From: Candidatus Poribacteria bacterium
GTDB lineage: Bacteria > Poribacteria > WGA-4E > UBA9662
Direction: 5' to 3'
Length of the DNA: 64,000 nt
Assembly (NCBI GenBank): GCA_046582655.1
Contig: JAYGDX010000259.1
Coordinates: forward strand, 5,250-69,249
Part shown: positions 1-10,240 of the stretch, piece by piece
Layout of the letters: each line of letters begins with the position of its first letter
How positions within the stretch are numbered: position 1 is the first letter of the stretch
The notes under the pieces: generated by a model
What the model saw: only the letters and a program-made list of their open reading frames with translations
Told to the model about the DNA's origin: nothing
The model's database searches: none
Made by a program: the position numbers and the translations under genes

Positions 1-581
1 TCAAAGACGTGCGCGGGGAGACGAATTGTGCGACCTCTATCAATTATCGCCTGGTTAATAGCTTGTTGTATCCACCATGAAGCATAGGTGCTGAATTTCA
101 CTCCACGTTCCCAGTCGAACCGGCTGGTTGCTTTGATCAAGCCGATATTTCCTTCTTGAATCAGATCTGTTAGATCTAAACCACGACCTTGATACCTTTT
201 AGCAATGTGAACGGAAAGTTTCAAATTCCCTTCAATGATGCGATCCCTCGCTACGGAGATTCGTGAAGTTATAATGCGAATTTGCTGTTGTAGGTCTATT
301 GTTTGAACCCACTTGTCCAGTACAAGGCTTTTATTATTTTGGGCGTCAAGTTTCTTTAGCGGCATCTGGCATTCTACTATACGTGTCTCCATCTTCTTGA
401 TTTTAGTAAAGAGATTCAATTCATCTTGGTATGATAAATCTGGAATACGTCCAATCTCACTCAGATAAATTTTCAGCATATCATTACTGTGGTCAGTCTG
501 GGGGTAGCGCTTTGGAAGAGCTGGAGGATGGCTGAAATCAATTAAAAAAGAATCCTGACAAATGTCGCCATCCGTTGGCAT
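1..581 (-). CDS. RNA polymerase sigma-70 family factor, 5' part only (C-terminus lies beyond the left window edge).
   Basis: The reverse-strand translation from the ATG at 579-581 reads [13 protein letters not shown]...[26 protein letters not shown]...[55 protein letters not shown]. These are the canonical region 1.2 and region 2 motifs of a primary or group-2 sigma factor. It is absent from the ORF track because it has no stop inside the window. Confidence 0.85.
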   Translation of the reverse strand, partial: MPTDGDICQDSFLIDFSHPPALPKRYPQTDHSNDMLKIYLSEIGRIPDLSYQDELNLFTKIKKMETRIVECQMPLKKLDAQNNKSLVLDKWVQTIDLQQQIRIITSRISVARDRIIEGNLKLSVHIAKRYQGRGLDLTDLIQEGNIGLIKATSRFDWERGVKFSTYASWWIQQAINQAIIDRGRTIRLPAHVF

Positions 582-878
582 AGGCTTGAATTCATCAGTA
601 GTCCCTTCAAGCTGGTCTCCAATTGATGTCATATTCCCTACTTTTTGCAGATATATTTGTTATCGCCTTACGAGCCAATTAATATTTGCATTACTTGATA
701 TTTTTATGCTGTTTCCATTTGGTGATTGTGAGCAAAATATATGCCGACTTCGAGACAATATAATCACTGCTTCCTTACCTATTGAAAAATTGCATGGTGG
801 TATGGGGTAGGAGTGTCTCTATTATGTGACAGTGTTACTCAGAAGTTTTAGCTTGCTCCCGTTTGAGGCCAAGCATTT

Positions 879-1430
879 TCATTTTCCGATGAAGTCCTGT
901 ACAAAAAAGCCGAGGTTTATGTTTCTGATTGATTCGATAAAAATGCCGAGATCACTCCCCCAACCGATGTCAGATCCCACTGTTTGTAAGTCCAGACTGG
1001 CCGAGTTGGTTAGGTACTTTAGATTTGCACCCACTGATATAATATCAGTCAGCACATAGCTATAGGTAAAGTGAAAGCTGTTACGGTTGACGGAAAGTTC
1101 ATCATCTTCAAATCCAATCTGTCCCCAGTCTATTCCTACTGCTGTTCGTTCAGTGCGTGGCAAGACGAGGCTCAAATAGTTGTGTCTGAGTTGACCAAAC
1201 AGTTTGGATGGACTTTGATTGAATTCAAAAGTGTATTCTTCAGACCGTGCGAGACCTCCAGGGTTTCGACGAATGGCAGCGCTACCTTCCGCTATAGCAA
1301 TGAACGTTCCACCCATACCAATCGGGCGGGCACCTATTTCTGGGTGTTCTTCTTTAGAGAAAGATGGTATCCCCCCTGACAAAATGAAAATCGCAAAATA
1401 ACAAAATAGCGTTTGATTTGACTTTACCAT
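879..1430 (-). CDS. Putative outer-membrane beta-barrel protein with a signal peptide and the motif GARPIGMGGTFIAIAEGSAAI.
   Basis: ORF 879..1502, with the start moved to the internal Met (MVKSNQTLFCYFAIFILSGG...) that gives a signal-peptide-like N-terminus. The mature part is rich in alternating hydrophobic residues, as in beta strands. No coding continuation is seen downstream in any frame, so the protein is short (183 aa). Confidence 0.5.
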   Translation of the reverse strand: MVKSNQTLFCYFAIFILSGGIPSFSKEEHPEIGARPIGMGGTFIAIAEGSAAIRRNPGGLARSEEYTFEFNQSPSKLFGQLRHNYLSLVLPRTERTAVGIDWGQIGFEDDELSVNRNSFHFTYSYVLTDIISVGANLKYLTNSASLDLQTVGSDIGWGSDLGIFIESIRNINLGFFVQDFIGK

Positions 1431-1483
1431 CTTTATAATGATATATACTATGCGCGAGCCAGAGGTTTTGTCAAGTCTACCTG

Positions 1484-2227
1484 GTGAGTATGGAATTAAC
1501 ACTAGTGAAACTTAACCAACTGTCATGGTCACATAAAATTGTTGTCAGTCTGTTTGTATTAATGATGGGGTACTCCTATCTCTTTGCCCAGCTTAACCTG
1601 CAAATTAACACGCGGCGGGCAGACGGGGATACAAGTGGCTTAGGCTTAGCAACAATCCGTGATATTGAGATCACTTACCGAGGAAATCGAGGACGAACCT
1701 TGCTTGGTAGCAAGATTAACGGTTCTATGGAGCAATATTTGTCAAGCCAAGAGGAAAAGATCTCTATCGAAGAGTGGATCGCACAAGGTCGTACAGAGCA
1801 GGGATATCAGGAAATCCAATATATATTTGAGGACAATTGCATTAGTTGCCATCCTTATGATGAACGCCCAGATTATCCTTTAGAAACTTACAAACAGGTT
1901 TATGCTTCTGCTGAACCTGATATGGGGCCGTCAATTGGGTGGCTGGCGCGATTTACACACTATCACGCTTTTGGTTTCGGAGTTTTCTCATTTTTACTTT
2001 CAATGATTTTCTTACTTACCTCCTTTCGTCCAACTATCCGACTGTTCGGTGCAGTACTCCCGTTTGTAGCCATGTTTATCGACATTACATCTTGGTGGTT
2101 AACCCGTTTGATTAGTCCCATCTTTGCCTACACTGTATATCTTGGTGGTATGTTGATGGCAATTTCGTTAGCAACCATTATCATTGGTTCGATCTACGAC
2201 ATCTGGTTTAGTCAAGTGACTGAATGA
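1484..2227 (+). CDS. Membrane protein with an N-terminal anchor, one CxxCH (CISCH) c-type heme-binding motif, and three or four C-terminal transmembrane helices.
   Basis: 247-aa ORF. The hydrophobic segments (VVSLFVLMMGYSYLF and FGFGVFSFLLSMIFLL, FGAVLPFVAMFIDITSWWL, IFAYTVYLGGMLMAISLATIIIGSIY) are read directly from the translation. The CISCH motif sits in the soluble middle domain. Confidence 0.6.
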   Translation: MSMELTLVKLNQLSWSHKIVVSLFVLMMGYSYLFAQLNLQINTRRADGDTSGLGLATIRDIEITYRGNRGRTLLGSKINGSMEQYLSSQEEKISIEEWIAQGRTEQGYQEIQYIFEDNCISCHPYDERPDYPLETYKQVYASAEPDMGPSIGWLARFTHYHAFGFGVFSFLLSMIFLLTSFRPTIRLFGAVLPFVAMFIDITSWWLTRLISPIFAYTVYLGGMLMAISLATIIIGSIYDIWFSQVTE

Positions 2228-2780
2228 TTAGAAGTTGTTTTAGAAGTAAAAAAATAAGTTTGCGTCGTTAAATGTCTTCTTCGTACTATGCTGTAAAAGG
2301 AAATTTTTATGGTATAAAGAGAAAAATTTATCGCGGGTGACCAATGGAAAGAAAACTTTGCGGATGGTAGTTTCGCTTCAGCTAAAAAGGGAGCTTCGGT
2401 GTTACAAAGAGCAAAGACGGAAAAGGTACGAAGTGGATGGTGGTATCTGATGGCAAGGGGATATGTACCCTTATTCTTTCGGTGCTGATTTCGATTCGGC
2501 CCCGCTGGGTGAGGTAAAGTTATTGGAAGGATTGCAGTTCCGAGAATTTGGCTTGGCCATCCCAAAAGAACTGGCTAGGATTATTGCTGGCCGACCCGCT
2601 CAGTGAAAGGTTCGGCCAGCGTGACCTCGAATTTGTTATGCCGAAGAAAAATGTCGGAATAGAGGTTGAATATGGCGATACGGGTATGATTGACTTGGAT
2701 ATGGTATGTCAGATGGCGCTAAAGAAGCAACGATAGCAAGGCAACGTCATTCCATATCGATGCCGAGGTACTTGGGTAAG

Positions 2781-4859
2781 TTAGAGTAGTTTGTCCAGGT
2801 CACCAACATCAGTTGTCGGTAGCTGGCAGGCGTAGTTCTGGCAAACATAGATCGTTGTCTTCCCATCAATTGACGTTTTGCTGGCTAGTAGCGGTATCAG
2901 TTCTTCAATTTTCTGCCTGTCTTCTGTATTTGGATTCAATAGGGCGACCACTTTATTAGGAACAAAGCGGCGATGGATATCCTTCAGAATTTCTTGTGTT
3001 TGTTCGCTTAATGGATTGCCGATGATAGCAATTTCTTTTGGAGTGTCAATTAGAAAATCAACTCCGCATAGCATCTGAGCTGATCCGGATGGTGCCGTTT
3101 TCATGGCGTGATCATAGAGTGAGAAAGTGGTCTTCGCTTTCTCAATCAAGTCGGGTTGGTTGAGAAGTATGGCTAGCCGTAACAGAACGTGAATAGCCAT
3201 TGAAGCACCGGACGGCGTAGCCCCATCATAAGCTGACTTGGAACGGACAATCAGTTCTGGATAATCTTTTCCGGTAAAGAAAAAACCGCCGTTTTGAGGA
3301 TCCCAGAATTGGCTGATCATGATTTGATTAAGTCGATCTGCTTCTCTCAGCCAGTAGGGATCAAAGCTGGCTTGATAGAGTTCGATTAGCCCTGCAATGA
3401 AATAGGAATAATCCTCTAAACAGGCGTTCAGATGACTCTTACCAGCGCGATGAGTTCGCAATAAATGCCCATTTTTTCGTACAAGTTCAGTCAGGATGAA
3501 TTTGGCTGATTTTTCGGCAGCTTCCAGATAGCGTAGATCACCCAGTATTTGGTAAGCAAGTCCCATGCTGCGGATCATTAAGCCGTTCCAACTAGTCAGG
3601 ATTTTGTCGTCTAGTCCAGGTTTGATTCGTTTGTCTCTGATCTCGAAAAGTTTCTTTTTACATCTATTTAGAATATTGACTAAATTAGCTTGATCAATTT
3701 TTATTTTTTTTGCATATAAGTCAGCCGGGGTTTTGACCCAGAGAATGTTTTGGTGCTCAAAATTGCCGTGGTCGGTGACATCGTAGAAATCGCAGAAAAT
3801 TTTGGCATCGGCTTGACCAAGAATCTGCTCAACTTCACCCGGTGTCCAGACAAAGAATTTCCCTTCCACTCCTTCACTGTCGGCATCCTGAGTGGAATAG
3901 AAACCACCATTTTGCTGATTGTACATTTCGCGTAAGACATAATCTAGTGTTTCTTCAACCACTTCTCGGTAAAAAGGTTTGCTGGTGGCTTGGAATGCTT
4001 CCAAATAAGCAACAGTCAGAAGTGAGTTATCGTAGAGCATTTTCTCAAAGTGGGGAACTAACCATATTTCATCAGTCGAATATCGGTGAAATCCACCTCC
4101 GAGTTGATCGTACATTCCGCCTCGCGCCATCTTTTCCAAGGTGAATTCGACTATATGCAGTGCCCGTGAGTTTCCTGATCTTTTCCAGTATCTCAATAAC
4201 AAAATCAATCCCATTCCGGGTGGGAATTTTGGTGCCTGACCAAATCCTCCATGTTGACTGTCAAATCGGTTTTGATAGTGATAGAAAGCCTGTTCGATAA
4301 TCTTGTCATCCAATAATAAATCGTCTACACTTTTCGGGTTAGAAATTTGGTTGATATGAGACACTAATTTTTCCGCTTGTTCATCAATATCTGCCCGTTT
4401 GTTTTGATAGGCATCCTTAACAGCCACCAGTAGTTTGGGAAAGCCGGGGCGTCCATACCGATCGTCGGGAGGGAAGTAGGTTCCGCCATAAAATGGTTTC
4501 CGATCTGGTGTCAAAAAGACTGTCATGGGCCACCCGCCGGAACCGGTCATAATTTGAACGGCACTCATATAAATCTCATCCAGGTCAGGTCGTTCTTCTC
4601 GATCGACTTTAATATTGATGTAGTGCTTATTCATGATGGCAGCAATCTCTTCGTTTTCGAAAGATTCCCGTTCCATGACGTGACACCAGTGGCAAGCAGA
4701 ATAGCCAATACTCAGCAGAATCGGTTTGTCCAGCTCTTTGGCTAGATTCAGCGCTTCTTCACCCCAAGGATACCAATCTACAGGGTTATGAGCGTGTTGT
4801 AACAAATATGGGCTGGTTTCATCGATCAATCGATTCGTGTGTTTAGGCGTGTTTTTCAT
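2781..4859 (-). CDS. Thioredoxin-domain protein of the DUF255/YyaL family (N-terminal thioredoxin fold plus a six-hairpin glycosidase-like domain).
   Basis: The 692-aa ORF begins ...[53 protein letters not shown].., the diagnostic N-terminus of this family. Its length and C-terminal region also fit. Confidence 0.9.
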   Translation of the reverse strand: MKNTPKHTNRLIDETSPYLLQHAHNPVDWYPWGEEALNLAKELDKPILLSIGYSACHWCHVMERESFENEEIAAIMNKHYINIKVDREERPDLDEIYMSAVQIMTGSGGWPMTVFLTPDRKPFYGGTYFPPDDRYGRPGFPKLLVAVKDAYQNKRADIDEQAEKLVSHINQISNPKSVDDLLLDDKIIEQAFYHYQNRFDSQHGGFGQAPKFPPGMGLILLLRYWKRSGNSRALHIVEFTLEKMARGGMYDQLGGGFHRYSTDEIWLVPHFEKMLYDNSLLTVAYLEAFQATSKPFYREVVEETLDYVLREMYNQQNGGFYSTQDADSEGVEGKFFVWTPGEVEQILGQADAKIFCDFYDVTDHGNFEHQNILWVKTPADLYAKKIKIDQANLVNILNRCKKKLFEIRDKRIKPGLDDKILTSWNGLMIRSMGLAYQILGDLRYLEAAEKSAKFILTELVRKNGHLLRTHRAGKSHLNACLEDYSYFIAGLIELYQASFDPYWLREADRLNQIMISQFWDPQNGGFFFTGKDYPELIVRSKSAYDGATPSGASMAIHVLLRLAILLNQPDLIEKAKTTFSLYDHAMKTAPSGSAQMLCGVDFLIDTPKEIAIIGNPLSEQTQEILKDIHRRFVPNKVVALLNPNTEDRQKIEELIPLLASKTSIDGKTTIYVCQNYACQLPTTDVGDLDKLL

Positions 4860-5195
4860 GTTGGGAATCTATGCTTTTGCAATGCAATATTTGAAAAGTG
4901 AACTTGCAAATTTCCGACTATAGGCCAATAATGCTATGGCGATTATATCACCTTTCTGATGAAATGAGAAATCTGTTTACCAAATTGCATCTAGTAATCT
5001 ACTGTCTCTGATCTTTTCTAGAAATTGTACTATGGTAACTGCACACGAATTTTTACTTGTGATATACTGAGGATTGTTCTTTTGGAGATGTTCCTTTTGC
5101 TGCGTTTAGATGAAATGATTGCTGTTGGCATGAAGGATAAGTTCTTAGTACTATTACGATATTATCTAAGTTAAAATTGCAAAATAAGAATTGGG

Positions 5196-7097
5196 GTGCC
5201 CATGCAACCAAATTTGAACCAATCTACAGACGCTTTGTCAAATAATCAGATCATTTACTGGGATGAAGATGATCAGATTTCACACTTGTCACCTCAGGCT
5301 AGGCGCGTGGTACAGGTTGCTTGCGAATATGCCGATCGGTTTACTGATCCGAAAACAGGGATGGTTGAAGGGGATGAGCATCCGGGGCCAGATACTAGAT
5401 CCAGCTTATACTGTGCTATCGCCTTTCTGCTGAGTGGAGAGCCGAAAAGGATCAAAGCCGGCAAAGAACTATTGAAAAAAATTGGTAGCGCCGGAGGACA
5501 TTTCAACATGATGGCTGAGGCCTTGGCACTTGCTCAAATAGATCCGCTTCTGGATGACGAAGATCGGAAAAATTTCCATCAGGCAATTCGAGGCTTTATT
5601 GATTCAGATGGTGAGGATATTATGGCGGGCAGAAACATCAATATCCCGCTTGGTAACTGGACCGGACGAATTATAGCAGGTGTCATGTTTGATAGATTGG
5701 ATCATATTGATAGAGGGATCGAAGCACTTGAAAAGTTAACGGACATGGTTGCTGCACACGGCACTATCCCTGAATTTAACAGTCCTACCTATCACCCAGT
5801 AACGCTAATTTTACTGAGGATCATCTGCTTGTTCGGTGAGAAACGCACCATTCATCTGGCCGAGAAATTGGAGCGTCACCTCTGGTCTGAGATGGCGTGG
5901 CGATGGCACCCTAGAATTAAGCAGTTGTGTGGTCCATGGAGTCGAGCCTATCACGACAGTCTCTTCGGGGGATCGGGTATTGTCTTGATGCTGGCTGACA
6001 TGATGTGGGGGGCCTTCTATGATAAAGAGGTTGCTTATGATTATGAGCATGGTCATGATCATGCTTATGGTGGAATTCTCCCATTGTTAGCGCATCGTCA
6101 TCCGGTTGATGTCAGTGAAATCGCTTTAAGAAAAAAAACGCCAGTTACTATCACGGCATCGGCTGAACAGGCGATGGTCAAACTGGGAAACGAAGATGTG
6201 TTGACATGGATTCCTGGGGGCATTGCTGATCTAACAACTTGGATGGATGATAACCTTTCGGTTGGGACTGCGTCCCAAGCACATGTCCACGGTATGCAAA
6301 ACGGTAATTATATCGCTCAATGGACGCGAACTGGAAAACCAGTGGAGAAATTATCAGATTTGGGACAGGCGTTTGCTCGGTTTGTCCAAAACGGTAAAAG
6401 GCCAGGGACAGATGTTAGGAACCTATATCGGAACCATCATCATGGGGGTAACTTTGATATTGGCCCCAAACTTTGGGGCGATGATGGCCGTCCCTTTGCC
6501 ATTCAGTCCGGGCCGACGGCTTTGATCATATATTTACCGAAAAGGCAAGAAAGGTGGACTGTACAAACGTTAGAAGCGTTTGTGGTTTTTCCCAGATTGA
6601 ATACTATTGACGATGTAATTGTCAATAGTATTCAATCTGTTGACACCTACCAAGGGGCAGCCGAAGGCACGGTAGTCGTTCGAAGTGGTCATGCTTCACT
6701 GGGTCTTTGTTTCGTTGCCTGCGACCCTGAACTTACGACTCCAAAACTGGTAATCGAACGCCAAAACGATCATCTTTTTGTCGGATTACGTCTGATTGAG
6801 TTTCCGGATATGCGTGAATTGCCCGAATCGACTTACCGTCGTTATGGGGCCACGATTGGTGCTGAACTTCGTTATACGCCAAAGGGACAAGACGTTAGGA
6901 AATTGATCGAGGATCTGTCTACTGCCCGATTAACTGACCAATGGGAGATGGCAACCTTTGGTGGACCTCAGGAGGTTGAATTCCAGATTGGTACAACTCA
7001 GTTATACGGGCGTTTTGAACCGATCTCAGAAACCTGGTTACGACGGACCGTCACAGATCCGGTTGGTGATATCCGAAAAATTCAATTTACTAATTAG
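5196..7097 (+). CDS. Hypothetical cytoplasmic protein, possibly an alpha/alpha-toroid (heparinase II/III-like or alginate-lyase-like) fold.
   Basis: 633-aa ORF with no signal peptide. The segment NWTGRIIAGVMF...HGTIPEFNSPTYH resembles the N-terminal toroid region of heparinase II/III-like proteins; this is inferred from motifs only. It is the first gene of a tightly spaced plus-strand series (gaps of 47, 21 and 83 nt) running to 9561. Confidence 0.6.
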   Translation: MPMQPNLNQSTDALSNNQIIYWDEDDQISHLSPQARRVVQVACEYADRFTDPKTGMVEGDEHPGPDTRSSLYCAIAFLLSGEPKRIKAGKELLKKIGSAGGHFNMMAEALALAQIDPLLDDEDRKNFHQAIRGFIDSDGEDIMAGRNINIPLGNWTGRIIAGVMFDRLDHIDRGIEALEKLTDMVAAHGTIPEFNSPTYHPVTLILLRIICLFGEKRTIHLAEKLERHLWSEMAWRWHPRIKQLCGPWSRAYHDSLFGGSGIVLMLADMMWGAFYDKEVAYDYEHGHDHAYGGILPLLAHRHPVDVSEIALRKKTPVTITASAEQAMVKLGNEDVLTWIPGGIADLTTWMDDNLSVGTASQAHVHGMQNGNYIAQWTRTGKPVEKLSDLGQAFARFVQNGKRPGTDVRNLYRNHHHGGNFDIGPKLWGDDGRPFAIQSGPTALIIYLPKRQERWTVQTLEAFVVFPRLNTIDDVIVNSIQSVDTYQGAAEGTVVVRSGHASLGLCFVACDPELTTPKLVIERQNDHLFVGLRLIEFPDMRELPESTYRRYGATIGAELRYTPKGQDVRKLIEDLSTARLTDQWEMATFGGPQEVEFQIGTTQLYGRFEPISETWLRRTVTDPVGDIRKIQFTN

Positions 7098-7144
7098 AGT
7101 TGAGTTACTTATTAACACAATCCCAAGTGTGAAAGGAAGGATTT

Positions 7145-7921
7145 ATGGTAGATCAACGTAATATTGTTGGGATCGATGCCCAACAACTATTATCATCGCC
7201 GAAGGCCGTTGATTATTCAGGCATGGTACTGATTCCCAGCGGAACCTTTGAAATGGGCGGTCAAGAGATGGATAACGAACAACCTGTCCATACCGTCGAA
7301 ATTTCGGCTTTCTACATGGACGTTAGTCCGGTAACTGTTGGGCAGTATAGGCAGTTCGTTGAAGACACCGGATACAAAACGCCTAATTGGCGTGATATTT
7401 TAATCGATTCACCAACCGATGATCATCCAATTATCTATGTAAATTGGCATGATGCGATGGCCTATACACAATGGGTGGAGAAGAGGCTGCCGACAGAAGC
7501 AGAATGGGAATATGCTGCCCGTGGCGGATTGGATCGAGCTGAGTTTCCACGGCCAAACTTAGATGAAGATCCGCATAATAGTTCTGAATATGCCAATTAT
7601 TATGGAACGGTTCGCCAAACGAACATCGGTGGAACTTATCCGGCCAACGGTTATGGTCTAAATGATATGGCTGGGAATGTTTGGGAATGGTGTTTGGATG
7701 CTTATGAGCAGGAATTCTACGCTAAAAGTCCACAACGGAATCCTCTTGCTATTGGGGAAGATGAAACAGACGGGAATTTGATAAAACGCATGTATCGTGT
7801 GGTACGTGGTGGAAGTTGGAATAACTATTTCGGTGCGCTTCGCGTGGCTTTTCGTGGATACCAAGATTCTTTACGTGATTACGATTACAATGGATTTCGA
7901 TGTGTTTGCAGTGTCGTGTAG
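7145..7921 (+). CDS. FGE-sulfatase (SUMF1) fold protein that lacks the catalytic Cys pair of genuine formylglycine-generating enzymes.
   Basis: The 258-aa ORF has hallmark FGE-fold segments (MVLIPSGTFEMGG, YMDVSPVTVGQYRQFV, IYVNWHDAMAYTQW, NGYGLNDMAGNVWEWC, RVVRGGSW, GFRCV). The position that carries CHRSYCYRYR in true FGEs reads NNYFGALRVAFR, with no cysteines. The EgtB-type HX3HXE iron motif is also absent. Confidence 0.85.
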   Translation: MVDQRNIVGIDAQQLLSSPKAVDYSGMVLIPSGTFEMGGQEMDNEQPVHTVEISAFYMDVSPVTVGQYRQFVEDTGYKTPNWRDILIDSPTDDHPIIYVNWHDAMAYTQWVEKRLPTEAEWEYAARGGLDRAEFPRPNLDEDPHNSSEYANYYGTVRQTNIGGTYPANGYGLNDMAGNVWEWCLDAYEQEFYAKSPQRNPLAIGEDETDGNLIKRMYRVVRGGSWNNYFGALRVAFRGYQDSLRDYDYNGFRCVCSVV

Positions 7922-7942
7922 ATTAGGAAATTAGGAGGGTGG

Positions 7943-8698
7943 ATGGCCAATTCACAGGTTTTATCAACAGATCAAATCAGTTTTTTTAAAGAGAGCGGAT
8001 ACCTAATTCTAGAGAACTGCATTGAACCAGATCTTCTGGCGACTTGGCAGGAACAGTTCTGGTGGTGTTTAAATTCAAGCTTTGACGATCCGGACAGTTG
8101 GCCAACCGATCAAACTTTTATTGGTCGATGGCGTTTTACACCACCTTGTCCAAACATTAGTGCTGTTCCTATGGTTCAGGCTGCTGCTGATCAATTAAGT
8201 GGTGGCAATTTCATCGGTGGAGGTGGTGCCCCAATTATTAAGTGGCCGGATTCCGATGGTCAATGGTCGTTACCGAGGAGCAGCCATATTGATGGTTATG
8301 GCCCACCCTCCCAGCATCCGGAAGGCGGTTTAGTGCTTGGGGCAACCACCAATCTTCATGATGTTGAATCGAAAGGCGGCTGTTTTGTATACTGGCCAGG
8401 TAGCCATCTGTCAACATATGATTATCTCGTTCGGCATCCGGAGCAAATTAATGGCAGTTTTTTAGATAAGGAAGGTTGGAATTACACCGAATTCTCCAAG
8501 GGGTCTACTGATGGACCGACTGAATTTCACGCACCTGCCGGTACCGTCATCTTATGGCATGGGTTCATGTGTCACAACGGATCGCCGAATGTGAATACAA
8601 CGCCTCGCATTGGTATCTTTGGCCGCTGGCACTACAAAAAGCTTGAAGAGATGCGATATGACATTCTGGACGATCTCTGGAAACACTGGGGCATTTAA
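7943..8698 (+). CDS. Phytanoyl-CoA dioxygenase (PhyH) family Fe(II)/2-oxoglutarate oxygenase.
   Basis: The N-terminus FFKESGYLILENCI, an HxD motif (SSHIDGYG) and a distal His (WHGFMCHNGSPN) are all present in the 251-aa ORF. Confidence 0.85.
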   Translation: MANSQVLSTDQISFFKESGYLILENCIEPDLLATWQEQFWWCLNSSFDDPDSWPTDQTFIGRWRFTPPCPNISAVPMVQAAADQLSGGNFIGGGGAPIIKWPDSDGQWSLPRSSHIDGYGPPSQHPEGGLVLGATTNLHDVESKGGCFVYWPGSHLSTYDYLVRHPEQINGSFLDKEGWNYTEFSKGSTDGPTEFHAPAGTVILWHGFMCHNGSPNVNTTPRIGIFGRWHYKKLEEMRYDILDDLWKHWGI

Positions 8699-8781
8699 GC
8701 TTAAGCTTACAACTATGATTCAAACCAGTTAAACACTGGTCAAAAGCTACTTCAACAAGATCTCGATTAGGTCTCAGGTTT

Positions 8782-9561
8782 ATGAGTACGCTGTCAAAAC
8801 AGGAAATTCTTTTTTTTAAAGAAGAAGGCTATTTGGTTAAACGGGATGTCCTTGATCCTGAACTAATGGCATATGCACGCGAACGCTTATGGGAAGCGGC
8901 GCCTTCACAACTGAAGCGTGATCGGCTTGAAACTTGGATTGGCCCATTTGAAGAAAGGTGTGAAGATAAAATGTCGTATCGATCCGGATACCGGTGGAAT
9001 TATCGTCAACTTGGTGGTGAACCCTGGATGATTAGACTTCTACCTAAAAATCCATCGGTATGGTACATGGCGGAGCAACTATTGGGCAAAGGAATGCTAC
9101 GTGAACCAGATCGAGTTCGCGGTATTTATTGTACTTTACCCTACGGTGATGTGCCGAAAAAGCCAAGTGGTTGTCACGTTGATGGACATCCGTTTCATCT
9201 TGGTGTCGTTGGCTATATTGACGATGTCCCGCCGGAAGGTGGAGGGTTTATGGTCTGGCCGAAAAGTCACCTGAAGTTTTATTATGACTTCCATTCTCAA
9301 TATAGGACAGAACCAACCGATCAGTATGAAAAAGATCGAGCCTGTTTCAGTCAACAGGCAGGTGTTGATTGTCATGGTCGAGCTGGAGATATCGTCTTTT
9401 GGCATCATCGAGTTGGTCATGCCGCCGGTCATAACTATTCATGTCAGATTCGACAGGCGGTATTATATGATTTCAGAAAACAGGATATCGAACATACAAT
9501 GGAGGAATCCCCTTGTCAGAATATGTGGCGAGATTGGGCTGGTGTTGAAAGGAGTAGTTGA
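8782..9561 (+). CDS. PhyH-family Fe(II)/2-oxoglutarate oxygenase, paralog 2.
   Basis: The N-terminus FFKEEGYLVKRDVL, HxD (GCHVDGHP) and a distal His (WHHRVGHAAGHN) are present. The 259-aa ORF ends in a TGA stop. Confidence 0.85.
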   Translation: MSTLSKQEILFFKEEGYLVKRDVLDPELMAYARERLWEAAPSQLKRDRLETWIGPFEERCEDKMSYRSGYRWNYRQLGGEPWMIRLLPKNPSVWYMAEQLLGKGMLREPDRVRGIYCTLPYGDVPKKPSGCHVDGHPFHLGVVGYIDDVPPEGGGFMVWPKSHLKFYYDFHSQYRTEPTDQYEKDRACFSQQAGVDCHGRAGDIVFWHHRVGHAAGHNYSCQIRQAVLYDFRKQDIEHTMEESPCQNMWRDWAGVERSS

Positions 9562-9675
9562 TTCAAGAATCGTTTTTAATTATGTACTAGATGAATTTGA
9601 TCTGCCGAATTGAATATTCCAGTTCATACTTGTGCTTTATGATAGTGATTCTTATTTGACAAACTGTTTTTGAAT

Positions 9676-9705
9676 CACCTACTAAGAGCTAGGTGAAAAT
9701 TTTTG
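9676..9705 (+). terminator. Candidate intrinsic terminator: hairpin caccta-ctaagagc-taggtg followed by AAAATTTTT.
   Basis: A 6-bp perfect stem with an 8-nt loop, then an A4T5 run, lies 115 nt downstream of the PhyH-2 stop and upstream of the thioesterase-like gene. The stem is short, so this is weak. Confidence 0.3.
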
Positions 9706-9796
9706 CCTCAAAGATCATCTTAAGCTTCAGTTTGGTATCAGTATCAATAACCAGTAGATGAACGTCGAACTTGAAATTATTGGTCATTCCTAAGCA

Positions 9797-10240
9797 ATGC
9801 GTGATTACATCCAAAAAATTATAGATCAGGAAATTCCGATTGCCCGAAAAATGGGCATCAAGGTCAATTCTTATCTTCCCACCAGAATCGTCCTTGACAT
9901 TCCTCTTCGGGCTAACAGAAATCATCGGCATACTGCATTTGGCGGCAGTATCTATTCCGGGCTAGTTTTGGCCGGTTGGTGCCTTCTCATCGGAAATTTG
10001 CAAGCGAATAATTTAGCCGGGGATGTAGTAATCCAGAGAGGGGAGGTTGAATATTACAGACCGATAAATGATGATTTTGAAGTGGCTTGTGCTTTGGCTG
10101 ATATGGACCAAATTTCATCTTTTCTGGATAGATTTTCGCAGAAGGGTAAAGCCAAAATAATGCTTAATTCCACAATTAGGGTTAGAGATGAGTTACTGGC
10201 CGAATTTACGGGCAAATATGTCGCGTTGGCTAACCATTAG
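9797..10240 (+). CDS. Hotdog-fold thioesterase-like protein (YiiD C-terminal domain-like).
   Basis: The 147-aa ORF contains HTAFGGSIYSGLVLAGW... and then a conserved EV.Y core, typical of small PaaI/YiiD-type thioesterase-fold proteins. Confidence 0.65.
   Translation: MRDYIQKIIDQEIPIARKMGIKVNSYLPTRIVLDIPLRANRNHRHTAFGGSIYSGLVLAGWCLLIGNLQANNLAGDVVIQRGEVEYYRPINDDFEVACALADMDQISSFLDRFSQKGKAKIMLNSTIRVRDELLAEFTGKYVALANH

Noticed and set aside
2212-2736. ORFs 2212..2565 (minus) and 2548..2736 (plus) in the 550-bp gap.
   Set aside because: They have low-complexity, non-protein-like composition, overlap each other, and show no recognisable motif or start context. The region is treated as non-coding.
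3701-4745. Short ORFs from the six-frame track nested inside or antisense to larger genes.
   Set aside because: They overlap strongly supported CDSs on other frames or strands and have no protein-like motifs; these are treated as spurious. Examples: 2878..3078, 3701..3940, 3750..3935, 3842..4144, 4554..4745, 5294..5509, 5811..6062, 6247..6525, 9136..9432, 9284..9613, 11044..11789, 12372..12880, 16426..17921, 25020..25897, 26414..27131, 27167..27902, 29059..29422, 33280..34428, 41318..41893, 42135..42990, 50422..51656, 55087..56524, 57406..58072, 59638..61033.
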